A stretch of 59,533 bases of DNA, filler included, from Catajapyx aquilonaris (GCA_000934665.2; 4 parts of 4 records of this genome joined end to end with filler, not necessarily neighbours in it), one strand, 5' to 3'; shown: positions 13,261-25,991, counted from the first letter of the whole stretch. Program-made: numbers and translations. The notes: generated from the sequence alone by a model not told the origin.

Positions 13261-14329
13261 AGCCACGAACAATGTGGAGTGCGTCCACGGTGTTATTTGT
13301 ACAGTACAGGGGGGATACTTGGGAGTCATGGGATGACAAAGTTTCTGCCACATGCCCACTGCAGTAGTACAACCTCTTTCATCCGGCCTGATTCTTTGAG
13401 GTCGAAACCAGACACATCACCACTGCCGCTCTCGATCAGGTTTTTTTAGAAAAAGCAACTTGTACCCACCAGAGGTGCGGCCTCCACCCATTGCGCATGC
13501 ATAGAACGCGGGACAATCAGAAGCGTGGGTGGCGGTAACAAAAAACAGATGAGTTTGCAGCTTCTGCTACGACTGAGACTCAGAGTGTCCGGTCATCTCG
13601 CCATTTGCTGGCACATAATGTATCAGCAGTAGCTTTGTATGCTAGCAAGGTAACCTAAGCCGGACAGGTCTTTTTGAAGTAGCATACAGACAGGTGTTCT
13701 GGTGTTTCGTCACTGGACCTTGCCATGTTTGACGTGCAGTACATTTCCCTGGAAATATTTAGCGACGCAATCCAGGCAGTCAAGGAAATGGCGATGGGCC
13801 GACATGACCTAATCATGTTCCTAACGTTGGGTTCCGTGTTGCTTGATTCTTCTGGTTGAGGCATCAAAACCTATTCTTTACTCCGTTGGCTGGATGGGTT
13901 GCTTTCTGGGCACGGACCTTGTATTATATATATAATTTGCGTATCGTACTATCTGAAACAGTGAAAGAACCAGACTGTAGAAGACTTTCTGCGCACGTGG
14001 TGCTAATTGCACCCTCTGGTCAACAAGATTGGCGTAAGGCTCGGCACTGTCATTATCTCCCATGCGCATGCATCGAAACGATGCAAAAATAAACACCTGG
14101 CCATCGCCAGCCGTCATACCAAACCTACGTCATCCCCCAGGGTGACCTCCACCATCCACATGTAAGTACCCCAACGGGATATACGTATCTTGCAACAATC
14201 AGGATGCTATCAGTCCCCAACAGTAGCGGGCAGTGACAACGTCGCTGGCATCGGTCGTGCTCGGTCCTCGAGCGGCCTTAATTCCAACCCTCGAGACCAA
14301 GAGCACTGAGTATATACATCCACCGCTCA

Positions 14330-14760
14330 ACAATGCGTCTGCTTGCATTCACCAATGGAACAGACCTGACTTCGGCACCTCCGAAGACTCCCCAGAATGC
14401 ATCGGCACCAGATGCAAACAAAAATCCGGGCATGTTGTCCAACAATGGACGCCGCCTAGATTGCCACGTCATGCTTCTAGCATAATTCAATGGCTTTATG
14501 ACCCACAATGTACACAGTGCTTCCTACGTGTATGTCAAATGTGTCATTGAATGATGTCTGTATGACTAAGAGTTATTATCTAGATTTGACAAGCCTGGTG
14601 CGATGAGAGTTGTCATATGTTTTCACTTCTTGGGACTTGGACAAGAGCAAAATCCGCCATGCCACGTCCCCAAGATACCGTCGTTGATATTCTGCCATGT
14701 GTCACAGTTACGACATCAGTTATCGACATTGCAACAGCAGTTGCAATAACCATTGTGTTA
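14330..14760 (-). pseudogene. Decayed trypsin-like serine protease domain; a diverged related copy lies at ~2985-3055
   Basis: Motif order ATAVAMSITDVVTVTH...ADFALVQV...VGSTVYIVGH...ADAFWGVFGG fits the His/Asp/(Ser) layout of trypsin-2 proteases. RIS..VSWGRGMA..AL.QV is shared with 2870-3127. Confidence 0.4.
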
Positions 14761-14796
14761 GATTCAAGATGTCAACAGGTTTCGCAAGACGAGGAA

Positions 14797-14896
14797 NNNN
14801 NNNNNNNNNNNNNNNNNNNNNNNNNNNNNNNNNNNNNNNNTTAATTAATTAANNNNNNNNNNNNNNNNNNNNNNNNNNNNNNNNNNNNNNNNNNNN
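14797..14896. other. Artificial contig linker N44-TTAATTAATTAA-N44 (also 29691-29790 and 44584-44683)
   Basis: Three identical 100-bp spacers containing stops in all six frames. Confidence 0.97.
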
Positions 14897-15844
14897 GATG
14901 CAACAGAGTGATGGAATGTATGTTTACGGGCATGGGCTAGCTAGTTATGAACAAAAATCCCAAATCCCAGACCAAGGCTAGTTCCCCATTTGGACGTTGG
15001 AGGGGATGGACTGATATAGATTTTTTGTCCAAATACAAAACTTGTACGAGTTTTGCATTTATTATTTGCAACCAAGTCAAGTTCTTGTTGGGGTCTTCAC
15101 ATAATTTCATTGACCGTATTCATCATGTTTATTTCCAGGCACTTAAATCCATAGGTTTCAGAAGTGTTTTAGACTTTTTAAACGTTTAAAAATTTTTAAA
15201 TGACAACTTAGTAGCCTACCGGTACTATTAGATTGCAACCGTATCGCCAAAATACGCGTAATGAGCCGGTTCCGCTGGGGTCATCGTTCATCGGAAAAAT
15301 TCATTATTGGTGTCGTTGGAATCGTATTGTTTTGCCCGATTTTTGGGGGCCAACTTGTATTTTGAGTGGAGTGTCCCTTTAATCACTGCGGATGCTCCAA
15401 GAACATCGCTTTCTTTGTTATTGAGATGCAAGTCCTGTCTCATACAACCAAGTGAGCGATGCTTTGGTGTAAGTCACCCAAAGATATGTGTATGTCCAGC
15501 CTTGTTTGTGCAAGATCAGCCTGTTCAGTTTTCATACCATACAAAGAGAGATGAGACGAACCAGTCTGCGCAGTGCACACCTTGGCATATTGGGCATTTA
15601 GGCCTATCACAACTCACAAGTAGTGTCCTTCCACCTGTCATTATAGGCTACCCAAAATCCTAATAAAAATGTACAATATATTATGGATTGCGAAATTGCA
15701 CATAGCCTATAGACTATAGGCTATAGAGCCTTAGGTGAATTTGGGTGATAAGGCATTCAATTTATATGAATTTACCTATGGTCTGCACATTCTGTTTCCG
15801 CTTCTAGGAAGTGTGAAATTGAAATACCTTTTAATTTTCGTTTT

Positions 15845-16170
15845 TTAAAAGTTACCCCGTGATAGGGCCAGAGGCCCTTATAGGGGGTGGAATACCACCA
15901 TTTTTCCTTCAATTTTCTGGTTGTTCTTCTGACTCCGGTGCAAGGATGAAAGGACATGGGGTAAGGATGAGGAAGGGAACATGGGTGCAAGTGCAATGTC
16001 AAATATGGGTCATGTGCTGTTACCCAGGAGGTTAGGTTGCCAGACACCTCCAAGGTGCAGGTCAGAGACCCTCCTGACGCAGGTGAAAGGGAACTCCCAG
16101 GCGGGGACCGAACCTGGGACCTTTCACTCAGCAAGCCGATACGTTATCATCTCGTCCACCACACCTCCCC
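15845..16170 (-). mobile_element. tRNA-derived SINE
   Basis: Degenerate A/B boxes (GGTTCGGTCCC); the 3' end CTATCACGGGGTA is shared with the SINE at 25700. Confidence 0.6.
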
Positions 16171-16491
16171 ACAATACCTTTTAGTTGCATGATAATAAAG
16201 TTTCCCCAGAGTAAATGTAACTAATAATTGGTCAAAAATATCACCTACTAAAAAGACCTTCAAATATTATGGGATGGAAAGCATCCCCTACTTAATCCAA
16301 GGACCCAACAAAATTAATGTTGTATCTTAGAGTACGTATTCGTGTGCGACTCTCAGGAGTAATTGGAACATTAACGGCTGTCTTTGACTGATTTATTGTA
16401 ACATGTTGTTTCTATAGTTTCTATCATAACACTCAAGATATAACAAACAGTTTAACCCTTGGTTTAACCGGTATACTTCTTTCCCCTTTAG

Positions 16492-19400
16492 ATAAATCGC
16501 AGAGACCCACCCAAGGAAGATCAGAGGCAGGTGCCCTTTATGGAAGGCAAAGCTGTTCCCAGGGGGAATGGTGGTGGGAAAGATAAAGATCTCCCAAATG
16601 TGGACACCGCAGGAGTAGGTAGGAGAGGTGAAGGCGAGAGAGGTCGAGGCGGGAGAGGGAGGAGAGGCAGGAGAGGGAAGAGGAGCGGGAGGAAACCCCT
16701 ACTGCCCTCGCCTTCTCAATCTGTTCAGCCCACAACGCCCCGTCCGGTGCAAACTGCAGCTGTGGCAAGAAGGATCATTGAAAATACCCTTGGGCTCAAA
16801 GCTGAAGTGCCAGAAGAGACACTAGAAGAGGAGCGGAAGAAGCTGCACGAGGCCAAAGGTGACTCTAGCTGGCGGGATCCGGACTTCTGGCCCCCGCCGT
16901 TTCGCCCCCGGTCTTCTGGCCCCCGGAATATTGGCCCCCGTGACATATTCCACTTTGAAGCAATCTACTGGGCATTTCTAGAAAAGTGACCTGGCCGTGT
17001 GTGTAGCCTGGCAACGGCGGGGGTGGGCGCTGATTGGCTCGCTGAATGTTATTGTGGAAGGGGAATAGTTGCCCTTTGTCTTGGTGATGTTGTATGGCTT
17101 TTTGTTACCGCAACAGTACTGTCCATTCTTGTGGCCCGGCCAGGCACGGTAGCCTACGTCGCCTGCGCGTGATATTTGTAGTTTTTGCGGAGCGATAGCG
17201 GAGCTGGGAGCTTATTGTGGGTTTCTGTATCCGCAACATTTACTGTCCGTCTTGTGGCGCCGCAGGACAACGAACGTTATTGTGGCTTTGCCCACCACGA
17301 CATACTGAGGGATGGAGTTGCCATTTGTCTGGGTGATGCTTATTGTGGGTTTTGTCCTTGAGCATTCCATCAATAGTTGTCAATTCGAACAATCCGAGGA
17401 ATTATTTTTATTATGCACGAGGATGCGTCTCTCATAACAACGGGAGTACCAAACACACCCAAGGTCACCCAATGCCAACAAAGCGGATATCTTGTACCCT
17501 GGCAACGGAAGTTCCGAACATAAGAAATAGTCGACAATATGCCGGGGGGCGAAACGGTCACGGGGGCCAATATGCCGGGGGCCAGAAGACCTGGGGCGAA
17601 ACGGCGGGGCCGAAAAGTCCGAGACCTCTAGCTGGCAGCTCTAAAATAACATGTCTTCTGTTTAAAAAAGTGGTCAAAGTTAAATTACATTTAGGATAGG
17701 TTATGTGATTGGTTCAATCCAAAATGAATTGTTAATTTTATGTGAATGACTTGCAATGGCATGTAACTGCCCCTTACAAGCTGGACCTATACCCATGAAA
17801 TTGGATGGCTACGATTTACGCACTAGATTATATAAATCTAATCAGAAAGCAATGAGGACAAAAGTGTCATGTAAGTCACATTTCAAGTGTCTTGTAAGTC
17901 ACAAAAGAAATAATTTATTTCTTGTAAAATTATAACACCAAGTTCACATAATAATATTTTAATTTGGGTATTTGAAAATATCCTCCCTACAATAAGACTC
18001 ACATTTAAGACATAAATGTGAAGAATTTTACGTTCATCAGTATCTGAAGCCTCTGTTACCAGTGGCTTTCTTGTCATGTAAGTCACACATTCCTTTATAT
18101 ATTTATATAACTCAAATGAAATGTGCAACTGTTACAATCAAAACATTAATTAACACTTAGATACAAAGTGCACATTTATGTTTAAACACCCTTTCTTTAA
18201 ATGCTAAGTTTGTGCTTTAAAAAATTAAAAGTTAGGCATAAACTGAGTGTCATGTCGTGTAAGTCACGCGTGGAATTAGCCTGTAGTAATTGCCTGCTGA
18301 TACTAACCTTCTCTGTATTATTTTCCCAGAACGGAAGGCCCTGATGGCAGCAGCTAAGGGGAGCGCCGCCGCATCGATGGAAGGACCACCTGCAGAAGCG
18401 GCCTCCGTGGTGCAGGTCAGAGAGGTTTCTTCTTCTCCTTCTTAATTCCCAAACGCGATGTGGAATATTTTGGCTATATAGATTCGTCTGATGGAGTCAA
18501 AACTCAGCTTCTTCCATGCTTTTGACAGCCAAATGCCCAGCAAATGCCTATTGAAACCGCGCCTCACACGGATCTATGAAATTTGGGAAGGGGGGAAAGG
18601 GTAGAAACATTTTCCTGCATCCTCCCCCCCCCCCCCTATTCCCGCATTTTGAAAGGTTAATATTTTGGCTTCTATCTTCTGTACTTTAGGCAATAAAAAA
18701 ACTGTACCAGGCACCGTAATACAAATGGCTTATTTAGAGATAAAGACAGGTTACAATACAATACAGTACAAAGAAAGAAAATATATTGATACCTTCCAAA
18801 TAAAGTAAATTGATACCATATACAAATGAAGTAACCTTCAGTATAAAAGGAGGTTCTTAACACTTTATGGGCCGATTGATCGGCAGCATTTTTACGATAT
18901 TTACAATGTGTTCAAAGTAGAACCAAAATTGATACACAATTTGGAGGATTTTGCAAAGTGTGGAAATAGGGCTGTCGCGTGGCTCTATTCAGAATAACAA
19001 TAATTAATCCTAAGTTTGAATGCCTACTGGCTGCTTAATATTTTATGAGCCAAATTAGGCCATAAGATGTAAGCGGAAGCTGAAGGATAGATAGGGAGAC
19101 TACCCAAGTCTGTTCAGCTTGACAGGTTGATCATGTACTACAAGGGGCCTTCTTCCACCTGGTCATAGTCATAGGCAATATTAGTGAGAAGTGAAATAAT
19201 AAGGAGAGTTGCATTACATTTTAACCAATCGTATGACATTTGTTATATTGATCAAAAAACTCCCTCCATTTTATTTTATTTTATTTTATTTTAATTTATT
19301 TTACCCCATTGGGAGAATCTGCGCTCCATTGGGGGGGGGGGGTATAATACCACCATTGGATGGGGCCAATGATAGGGAAGGAAGGAAGCGGCTGTGGCCT

Positions 19401-20047
19401 ATTATACGGAAACTATCCCGGAATTGTCCTGGGGGGACTGTGGAAAACCGTGGAAAACCGCTGAAAACCACTGTCAGGATCGCCGGTCCCGGGATTCGAA
19501 CCCAGGACCTCCCGATTACCACCAACCTGCTTCGGTATAAACTCCCTCGATTTATACGGCTTTATTTTGGTTGGCCGTAACGGCGGGAAACTATATGTCG
19601 TATATGATATTCATTCTTTTCGTGGCACCTCTATACCCCACTGCTTTATACTCTGACTGGTTCATAGCCGATGCCGCCCATGCTCAAGATTTTTTTTTCT
19701 CCCTATCCTTTTTTTCTCTTCTTCACATTGTCACCTTCATCTTCCTGTTTCAGGGACGTACGCCTGATAGGTGGAAAGTCATCTTCCACGATGCGGCGGA
19801 TCAGGAGAAGGACTACCTGCTGCGTTCTCTGCAATCTGCCATCCACCTGACCATTAATCAATCAGTAGAATTTTGTAGGGTGGGCACAAATGCCATCATA
19901 TACCTCGATTGCTACAAAGTTGCGAATGAGATCGCGCGCAACATTCGGGCCATCCCTGCCGGACAAAAGAGGATCACGATAAGCGTAAGCCCTTGCCCAC
20001 CCCCAAACATCGTGCTACCCTCAAGGATGACGTCCAGAAAATCATAG
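16492..20047 (+). CDS. Spliced gene, 5' end uncertain: RGG-rich region + R3HCC1/R3HCC1L-like C-terminal motif + NXF1/TAP-like RRM. Exons 16492-16858, 18330-18415, 19754-20047 (possible further exon 20646-20713)
   Basis: Canonical AG/GT sites with matching phases (1, then 0). RPVQTAAVARRIIENTLGLK...EEERKKLHEAK|ERK matches the R3HCC1-family C-terminal motif. WKVIF...EKDYLLRSLQS...VEF...TNAIIYLD...KRITISVSPCPPP matches the NXF1 RNA-binding domain pattern. Confidence 0.65.
16874..17627. mobile_element. Non-autonomous Mutator-like (MULE) element with repetitive TIRs
   Basis: 9-bp TSD CTAGCTGGC at 16865-16873 and 17628-17636; ~70-bp TIRs built from GGCCCCCG-type subrepeats. Confidence 0.8.
19270..19530 (-). 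mobile_element. SINE (insect-type; related copy at 45327-45612)
   Basis: B box GGTTCGAATCCC; the body GGAAGGAAGCGGCTGTGGCCTAT...GGAAAACC is shared between both copies; AT-rich microsatellite tails. Confidence 0.7.
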
Positions 20048-21305
20048 TCACAGGTGATAATTATGGAATGTTAATCTGGTAATTAATTGAATATTATTTT
20101 GAGTAACCTATGCTTGTAAATGTTGTATGCACATGCTTGAATTACTTGAGGACCTAACATAAGTATTAATCTCTCTTTAGTATAATAATAAAATTTTAAC
20201 ACACTATTTATGGTTCAGGTATGCTCTGAAATTGACAAGTCTGAAATTTTCTTCTACTCCATTCCAACTAGATACAATACTGAGACCCATTCTTTGAGTC
20301 TTTGAGTCAATAAATTTGAGTTAAACAAAAAAATGTGCGGGAGGGAAAAGACTCCCTAACTTTGAACTCGGCGCGAGAGCAAAGCTTTTCCCCCAACTCA
20401 AAACAGCTCGAACCGCGACTCGAACTGACTTTGAATGAACACACTCGCCGGAGGGCGCACAAAATACGCGTACATACCCGTACACAGCGCCCGGGAAAAA
20501 TGCATCAACCGACCATCCCTTACACCCTGTTCCAAACCCACTCTATACGCCCGTCCATCACCATTACAATAAGTTATTGATGTAAATTCTATGGCTGTAG
20601 TAGGTACAGGATATTTGATTTCACGTTTAATTACATATGTTGCAGGTGAAAGCCCAGAAGCAGCTGCTAAGTCTGTGGTGTCATCCCCACTGGGGACGGT
20701 AACATCCCAATAGTTGGACCTGTGGAATCTCCATCCTTCCCCACTCGGAGAGGCATCCCCATATCATCTAGCATCGCATGAAGGATTAAGGAACCATAAG
20801 AGATGATGCCCTGCACTTAAATGCCTGGAATGGGATTTTAACAAAACTAGATTAAACTTATAAATTGGCTTCCCCACCAGCAACGGCCGCATCCCCATCT
20901 GGTTATCCTGATTGGACGGCTGACAAATATGAGATTATAGGCTAAATTTTTGAAATGTTGAGCTAACTTTCTTGAGCTTACTTTGTTATCATATGTGGCT
21001 GCGATAAAGCCTATACAGATTATACTGTGTTATTTTCCAATCATCTAAATGCCACAGACAAATTTTATGCACATCTATGTGAACCAATTTGTCAGCAACA
21101 TCATCCTAATTTGGCGTGAAAAGAAAAGCCTGAGCACTTGCTTTCATTCCCACAACAAAATTATGATTTCTGTGTAGAAAACATAATTATATTTTATTAG
21201 AGTGACATGTGTTTTATAGCGGACACTGCCCAATTTATCAGGAAGCGGGCCCATCATATGGATCATGAGCCCTGGCCTTCACCTTCCTTATTCAACCATT
21301 ATCTT

Positions 21306-21397
21306 AAGGGTGGTATCCACTGCTCAATATCAAGGGGTTTCAACCCATTCAACCCCTTGAATCAACCCCTTGATATTGAGCAGTGGATACCACCCTT
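21306..21397. mobile_element. Short hairpin MITE
   Basis: Perfect 34-bp inverted arms AAGGGTGGTATCCACTGCTCAATATCAAGGGGTT. Confidence 0.7.
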
Positions 21398-24300
21398 TAT
21401 AGTACGAGCGGTACACAAAAATATCCTGCAAATTCTTGCAGAGAGCAATAGTTTGGGTTTAGTGCTCCGCCCGTTGAGAGCTCTGTTGCTATGATAATAT
21501 TGTGCACTCCCCCGGATGATTAGTCTACGGAAATCCCACCCGAGACGAAGCCAGAGATGAAGGGGGGAATGTCCGGGCTTGGTATCGAGCCCGGGACCCG
21601 TATACAACTGTGGGCGCATCCGGTACCGCAGCGCCACTCCGCTCCCCGAAAGCAAGCCACTTTGCACATACGTTACATAGACCAAGATGATCAATTTGAC
21701 CCGCAGCACCCTGACCTTCGACCTTGTGGGGTCATAATGGCGGCCATTTTGGAAAAAAGGTCATAAATTTTTTGACAGTTCCAAATGCCCTCTCCATCGC
21801 AATGTTGGTGTCATTTTCGCAAAGTTAGAGGTCGATAAGACGATTAGTAACATTCAGGAGGTCTTAAGGTCTTAAGTTTGTGGCCTATGACCGCCATTTT
21901 GAAATTACCATACGGGCCGGGCTAGTTTCGATATAATTTGATGTCACTGAAACCGAAAACGACATTAAAAATCCCGAATCATGCATCCCGTGACCTGTGA
22001 GGCGCCAAATTGGATTTTGACTTAAGCCCTTCGGTGGGGATATGCCCCATAAGCGAATAGTAAGTAAGTAAGTAAAGTTCTTTATTTCCGATTTTCGGTT
22101 TCCCATGTACCGGAAAGACACTCCACAAAATATCACATAATTGTAGCTTTTTGGTAGCATGTGCAAAAAAATTATACAACAAAAAAACCCTTGTCGCTGG
22201 CGTATCAACAAATAGTGAATAAATAAAATTTATCGGTATACCCTTGGCAAGTTTTCCAAAAAATGTCTTCTTGCTTCATAAAAGAAAGAACATGCGCATA
22301 TAAAGTGGTATATTGTACTTTCTACCATATAATTGCATAATGTATTGTACATACCTCATCAACTTCCACCCTTATTCTACAACCTTGCACCCAGAGCACC
22401 CTTGAACAATTTCTTAAATTTGCTATTAATCTTATCATTTTGAGTGGTAAATCTTGTTTTAAATACCGGTACTTTTCCTGCCAGAACCCGTTTGAAATTT
22501 CTTGATAATGTTTGTATGCCTTTGTCTTTTCTAATGCTATCCTATCCATCTCCATTGTATATAGGCCTATTATTATAATGGCCGTAATTAGTCCTCCTAT
22601 GTCTATCTTTTCGTGGTTTCTTATCCATTGTTTCCAGGAACATCCTGCCTCTCTAAAAACCTTTTCTACTAGGTCACCCCAACCCATTTTCTTTACTGTG
22701 TCAATCTCCGTGTAGTAATCCAAACATTGCCTATTCAAACTTTCTGTTGGTTCATTTAATATCTTCTTTAAGAATGCTAACATTTTTTTTAAAGACCGTC
22801 ACCCTCAATGGTCTTCTGCCCGTTTCCAATCTCACAAAATATCCCGCACTACTTTTCGGTAAATTTACAAACTTATTTAAAAAAAATAACTGTACTCTCT
22901 CTATCTCCATTGTATATTGTAGGGCCCAAATATGCGCATTATACAGGGTCGCTGGTGCCACTTGCGCATCAAACAGCCTCAGTGCCATGGAAAGTTTTCT
23001 AGCCTTCAATTTTTATCAATGTAGGCCACATTGCATTTATTGCTGCTTTCCCCTTCGCCACAAAATATTTCGTTGCCTTATTGAAACTCGTTGAGGATGC
23101 AAATGGGATCCCTAGATATTTATATTCGTCTACTATTGGGATCCTCTCTCCTGACCAGTAAAAATGGTTTTTTTCCGATATTTTCCCCCCTTTTCTAAAA
23201 ATCCTCGCTTTTGTTTTTGCCATGTTTATACTCAATTTGTTTATTTCTAAATATTGTGCAAAGACATTTATTGCCCTCTGCAAGTACAACGCGCTGCCCG
23301 CCATTAATACCACATCATCCGCAAATTGTAAGAAGTTGATCTCTCTTCCCCTTGCTGTCAACAATACCCCTGGCACCTGTGCATTTACAAATAAATCTTT
23401 CATAATTATCTGACATAAATAAATTAAACAATACTGGACTTAGAGGCTCCCCCTGTAGCACTCCTTTATGTACTGGTATCTTTGTGGATTTATCTGCGGA
23501 TACAATTCTGGCTCCCTCGTATAAGCTTATTATTGTCTTAAGGTAGGGCTAATTATTATTTACTATTCCTAGTTTCCCTAGCTTTTCGAATAGCAGCTTG
23601 TGGTTTACTGAGTCAAATGCTTGTTTTGAGTCTACGTATAATACAAACACATTTCCTGTCTTTTTACTTGTGTGTTTATGTATCAAAGTATTCATTGTAA
23701 ATAATAAACCCTCACATGATTTGTTTCTTCTAGAACCTGCCTGTGTTTCTAGGAACAACCCTTTTCCTCTTCTGCCCACCTTTGCAGTCTCTTAGTATAG
23801 AAGCAAATAATTTTAATGTATGGTTCAAAAGTGCAATCGGCCTGTAGTTTTGTGGATCATCTTTGTTTCCTGCTTTAAATATAGGCACAGTTCTGATTTC
23901 CACCCAGTTCTTTGGGACTCTTTGTTCCTTCATTATCTTGTTAAACATCTTCAGTATCAATTTATGTAGCGGTTGTGAATCTAATTTGATCACTTCATTT
24001 GGTATACAGTCTGCACCCACTGTTTTATTATTATTTTTTAATCTCTTTATACCCTCCTGTAATTCTTGCACTGTAATTTCTCCATCCAACATTTCAATAA
24101 AATTTGGCTCTATATTCATCTCTTCTAGACTAATATAAGATCTTTGTTCTTTCTGTGCTACTGCCAAATGAGTCAACCATATTGATTCCTCTAAATTTGT
24201 CCTTCTTTTTCCTGCCTTGAACCTATTGACTGTTCCCCAAAATGTTTTTGCGTCTGGTGCCACTAGTATTTTTTGTAATGTTTGTGAAAAAAATGATTTT

Positions 24301-24663
24301 TTACTCGCATTGCATCTATATAAGTATATCTTATTTTCTTCCACATAGGCTAATTTATCTTCTTCTGTTCCAGAATTCCTCCATTTTTTTAGCTCTCTTG
24401 ATACAGTGTTTTTCATCTTCTTGTGCATATTATCACACAATGGTTGATTTTTTTGTATTCCAACTTGTACCTTTTTTTCTGGACTTTTGCACAATCAGTC
24501 CTTGCTGCGTCAAAATTTCATAATAGTAGACTACTCTCGTTATTACACTATCTATCTCCTCCACCTTACTTATATCTCTTGCCACCTTTTCCATTTCTTG
24601 ATTTATGCTCGGTAGTAAAAACTTCAACCCTTCTGGAGGTATTTTAACATAATGACAAGGAGC

Positions 24664-24752
24664 ATAATTGGAGGCCTTTATGCACAAAGGAACCAGGTGT
24701 CTTGTGACTCACATGCCACCTGGTTCCTTTGTGCATAAAGGCCTCCAATTAT
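24664..24752. mobile_element. Short TA-flanked hairpin MITE inside the LINE
   Basis: Perfect ~36-bp inverted arms ATAATTGGAGGCCTTTATGCACAAAGGAACCAGGTG. Confidence 0.75.
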
Positions 24753-25158
24753 ACTACATAAGAGGCGCAAACTTCTGTCGGCGCCTTTGATGTTCGCGTC
24801 TCTCTGTTTATAGGGCGTTGCCAAGGCTGGCGGCCATTTTGAAGTGTGTGGTAGGCCAACGAGGTATAAATAGGGTACAGGCAAAAATAGGGTCCGCCAT
24901 CTTCGATGGTTTTGGCGGCCATGGCAACTACACGGCAAGAACAGGCGCGAATTTGAATTCGATATTGGAATGGGTAAGTAAATTGTTATTGCCGTGTATT
25001 GCCATGGCAGCCAAAACCATCAAAGATGGCGGACCCCCGCGGACCATGACGGCCTGCCTGTACCCTATTTATACCTCGTTGGCGCACCACACACTTCAAA
25101 ACGGCCGCCAGCCTTGGCAACGCCTATAAACAGAGAGACGCAAAAATCGAATGTTTGC
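24753..25158. mobile_element. Foldback element (~400 bp) inside the LINE
   Basis: ~190-bp imperfect inverted arms, TA flanks. Confidence 0.75.
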
Positions 25159-25699
25159 GCCTCTCATGTACTGTAGTATAATATGCTCCCTGATAATGAC
25201 ATCTTTGGGTATATTTTTTAAAATGCACCCTCCCCGTCATGCAGCTTGTACCTGTAGCGTAATTGTGACTGGGAAATGATCTAAACCGATTTACGATTCC
25301 ACCTTGAAATCCACTACTTTTTTGAGTCCATCGTGACCATTCCGTAATCAACCACCGACTGGCCCTGTTCCTTACAGTATGTATATAATGACCCCTATCA
25401 TCGCTCTTGGTTACCCCATTTAATATACACAGTGAATATTGCTCCACCACCTCTAACAGCTTTTTTTCCTCTGGTATTCACTTAAGTGTCACAAGATCTT
25501 CTTATTATTTCAATATTATTAGATGCTTTCACTTCCATTATTTTGTGGTGATAGATAATTTTGTCCCATTCTCGCGTTGAAATCACCTATTTATTAGGCA
25601 TACTTGCGTATTCTTGTCTGTCCACAAATACAGCTGCGTTTCAAGGACATCTAGCACTTTATCGAATAGGGCATTTGGCGGTAAATACACAGTGACCAC

Positions 25700-25700
25700 C

Positions 25701-25737
<37 letters not shown>

Positions 25738-25991
25738 GATACCCCGTGATAGACCCCTTGGGCCTCTTAGGGGATCATCTTTTGAATAACCGACTCTAAT
25801 CATTTGCCTGTAATGTGATGGATTTTGATAGTGGGAGGAAACGGGAGAACCCCGAGAAAACCCACGCGAACACGGAGAGAACCCATCGAAACTCTATCCA
25901 CATAAGTATCCTCCGTCCGACCCGGGGATCGAACTCGGGACCTTAGAGGTGGAAGGCTGCGGCGCTAACCACTCGGCCACCGTGTCGACCT
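25700..25991 (-). mobile_element. tRNA-derived SINE with (ATT)n tail and 12-bp TSD
   Basis: A box TGGCCGAGTGG and B box GTTCGATCCC; conserved GTGGGTTTTCTC..GTTTCCTCCCAC body. TSD CACAGTGACCAC at 25688-25699 and 25992-26003. Confidence 0.85.

Noticed and set aside
25905..25991. tRNA gene
   Set aside because: It is a SINE head: followed by a SINE body and tail, flanked by a TSD, and without a closing acceptor stem. The same applies to the heads at ~16100, ~19500, ~21600 and ~53450.
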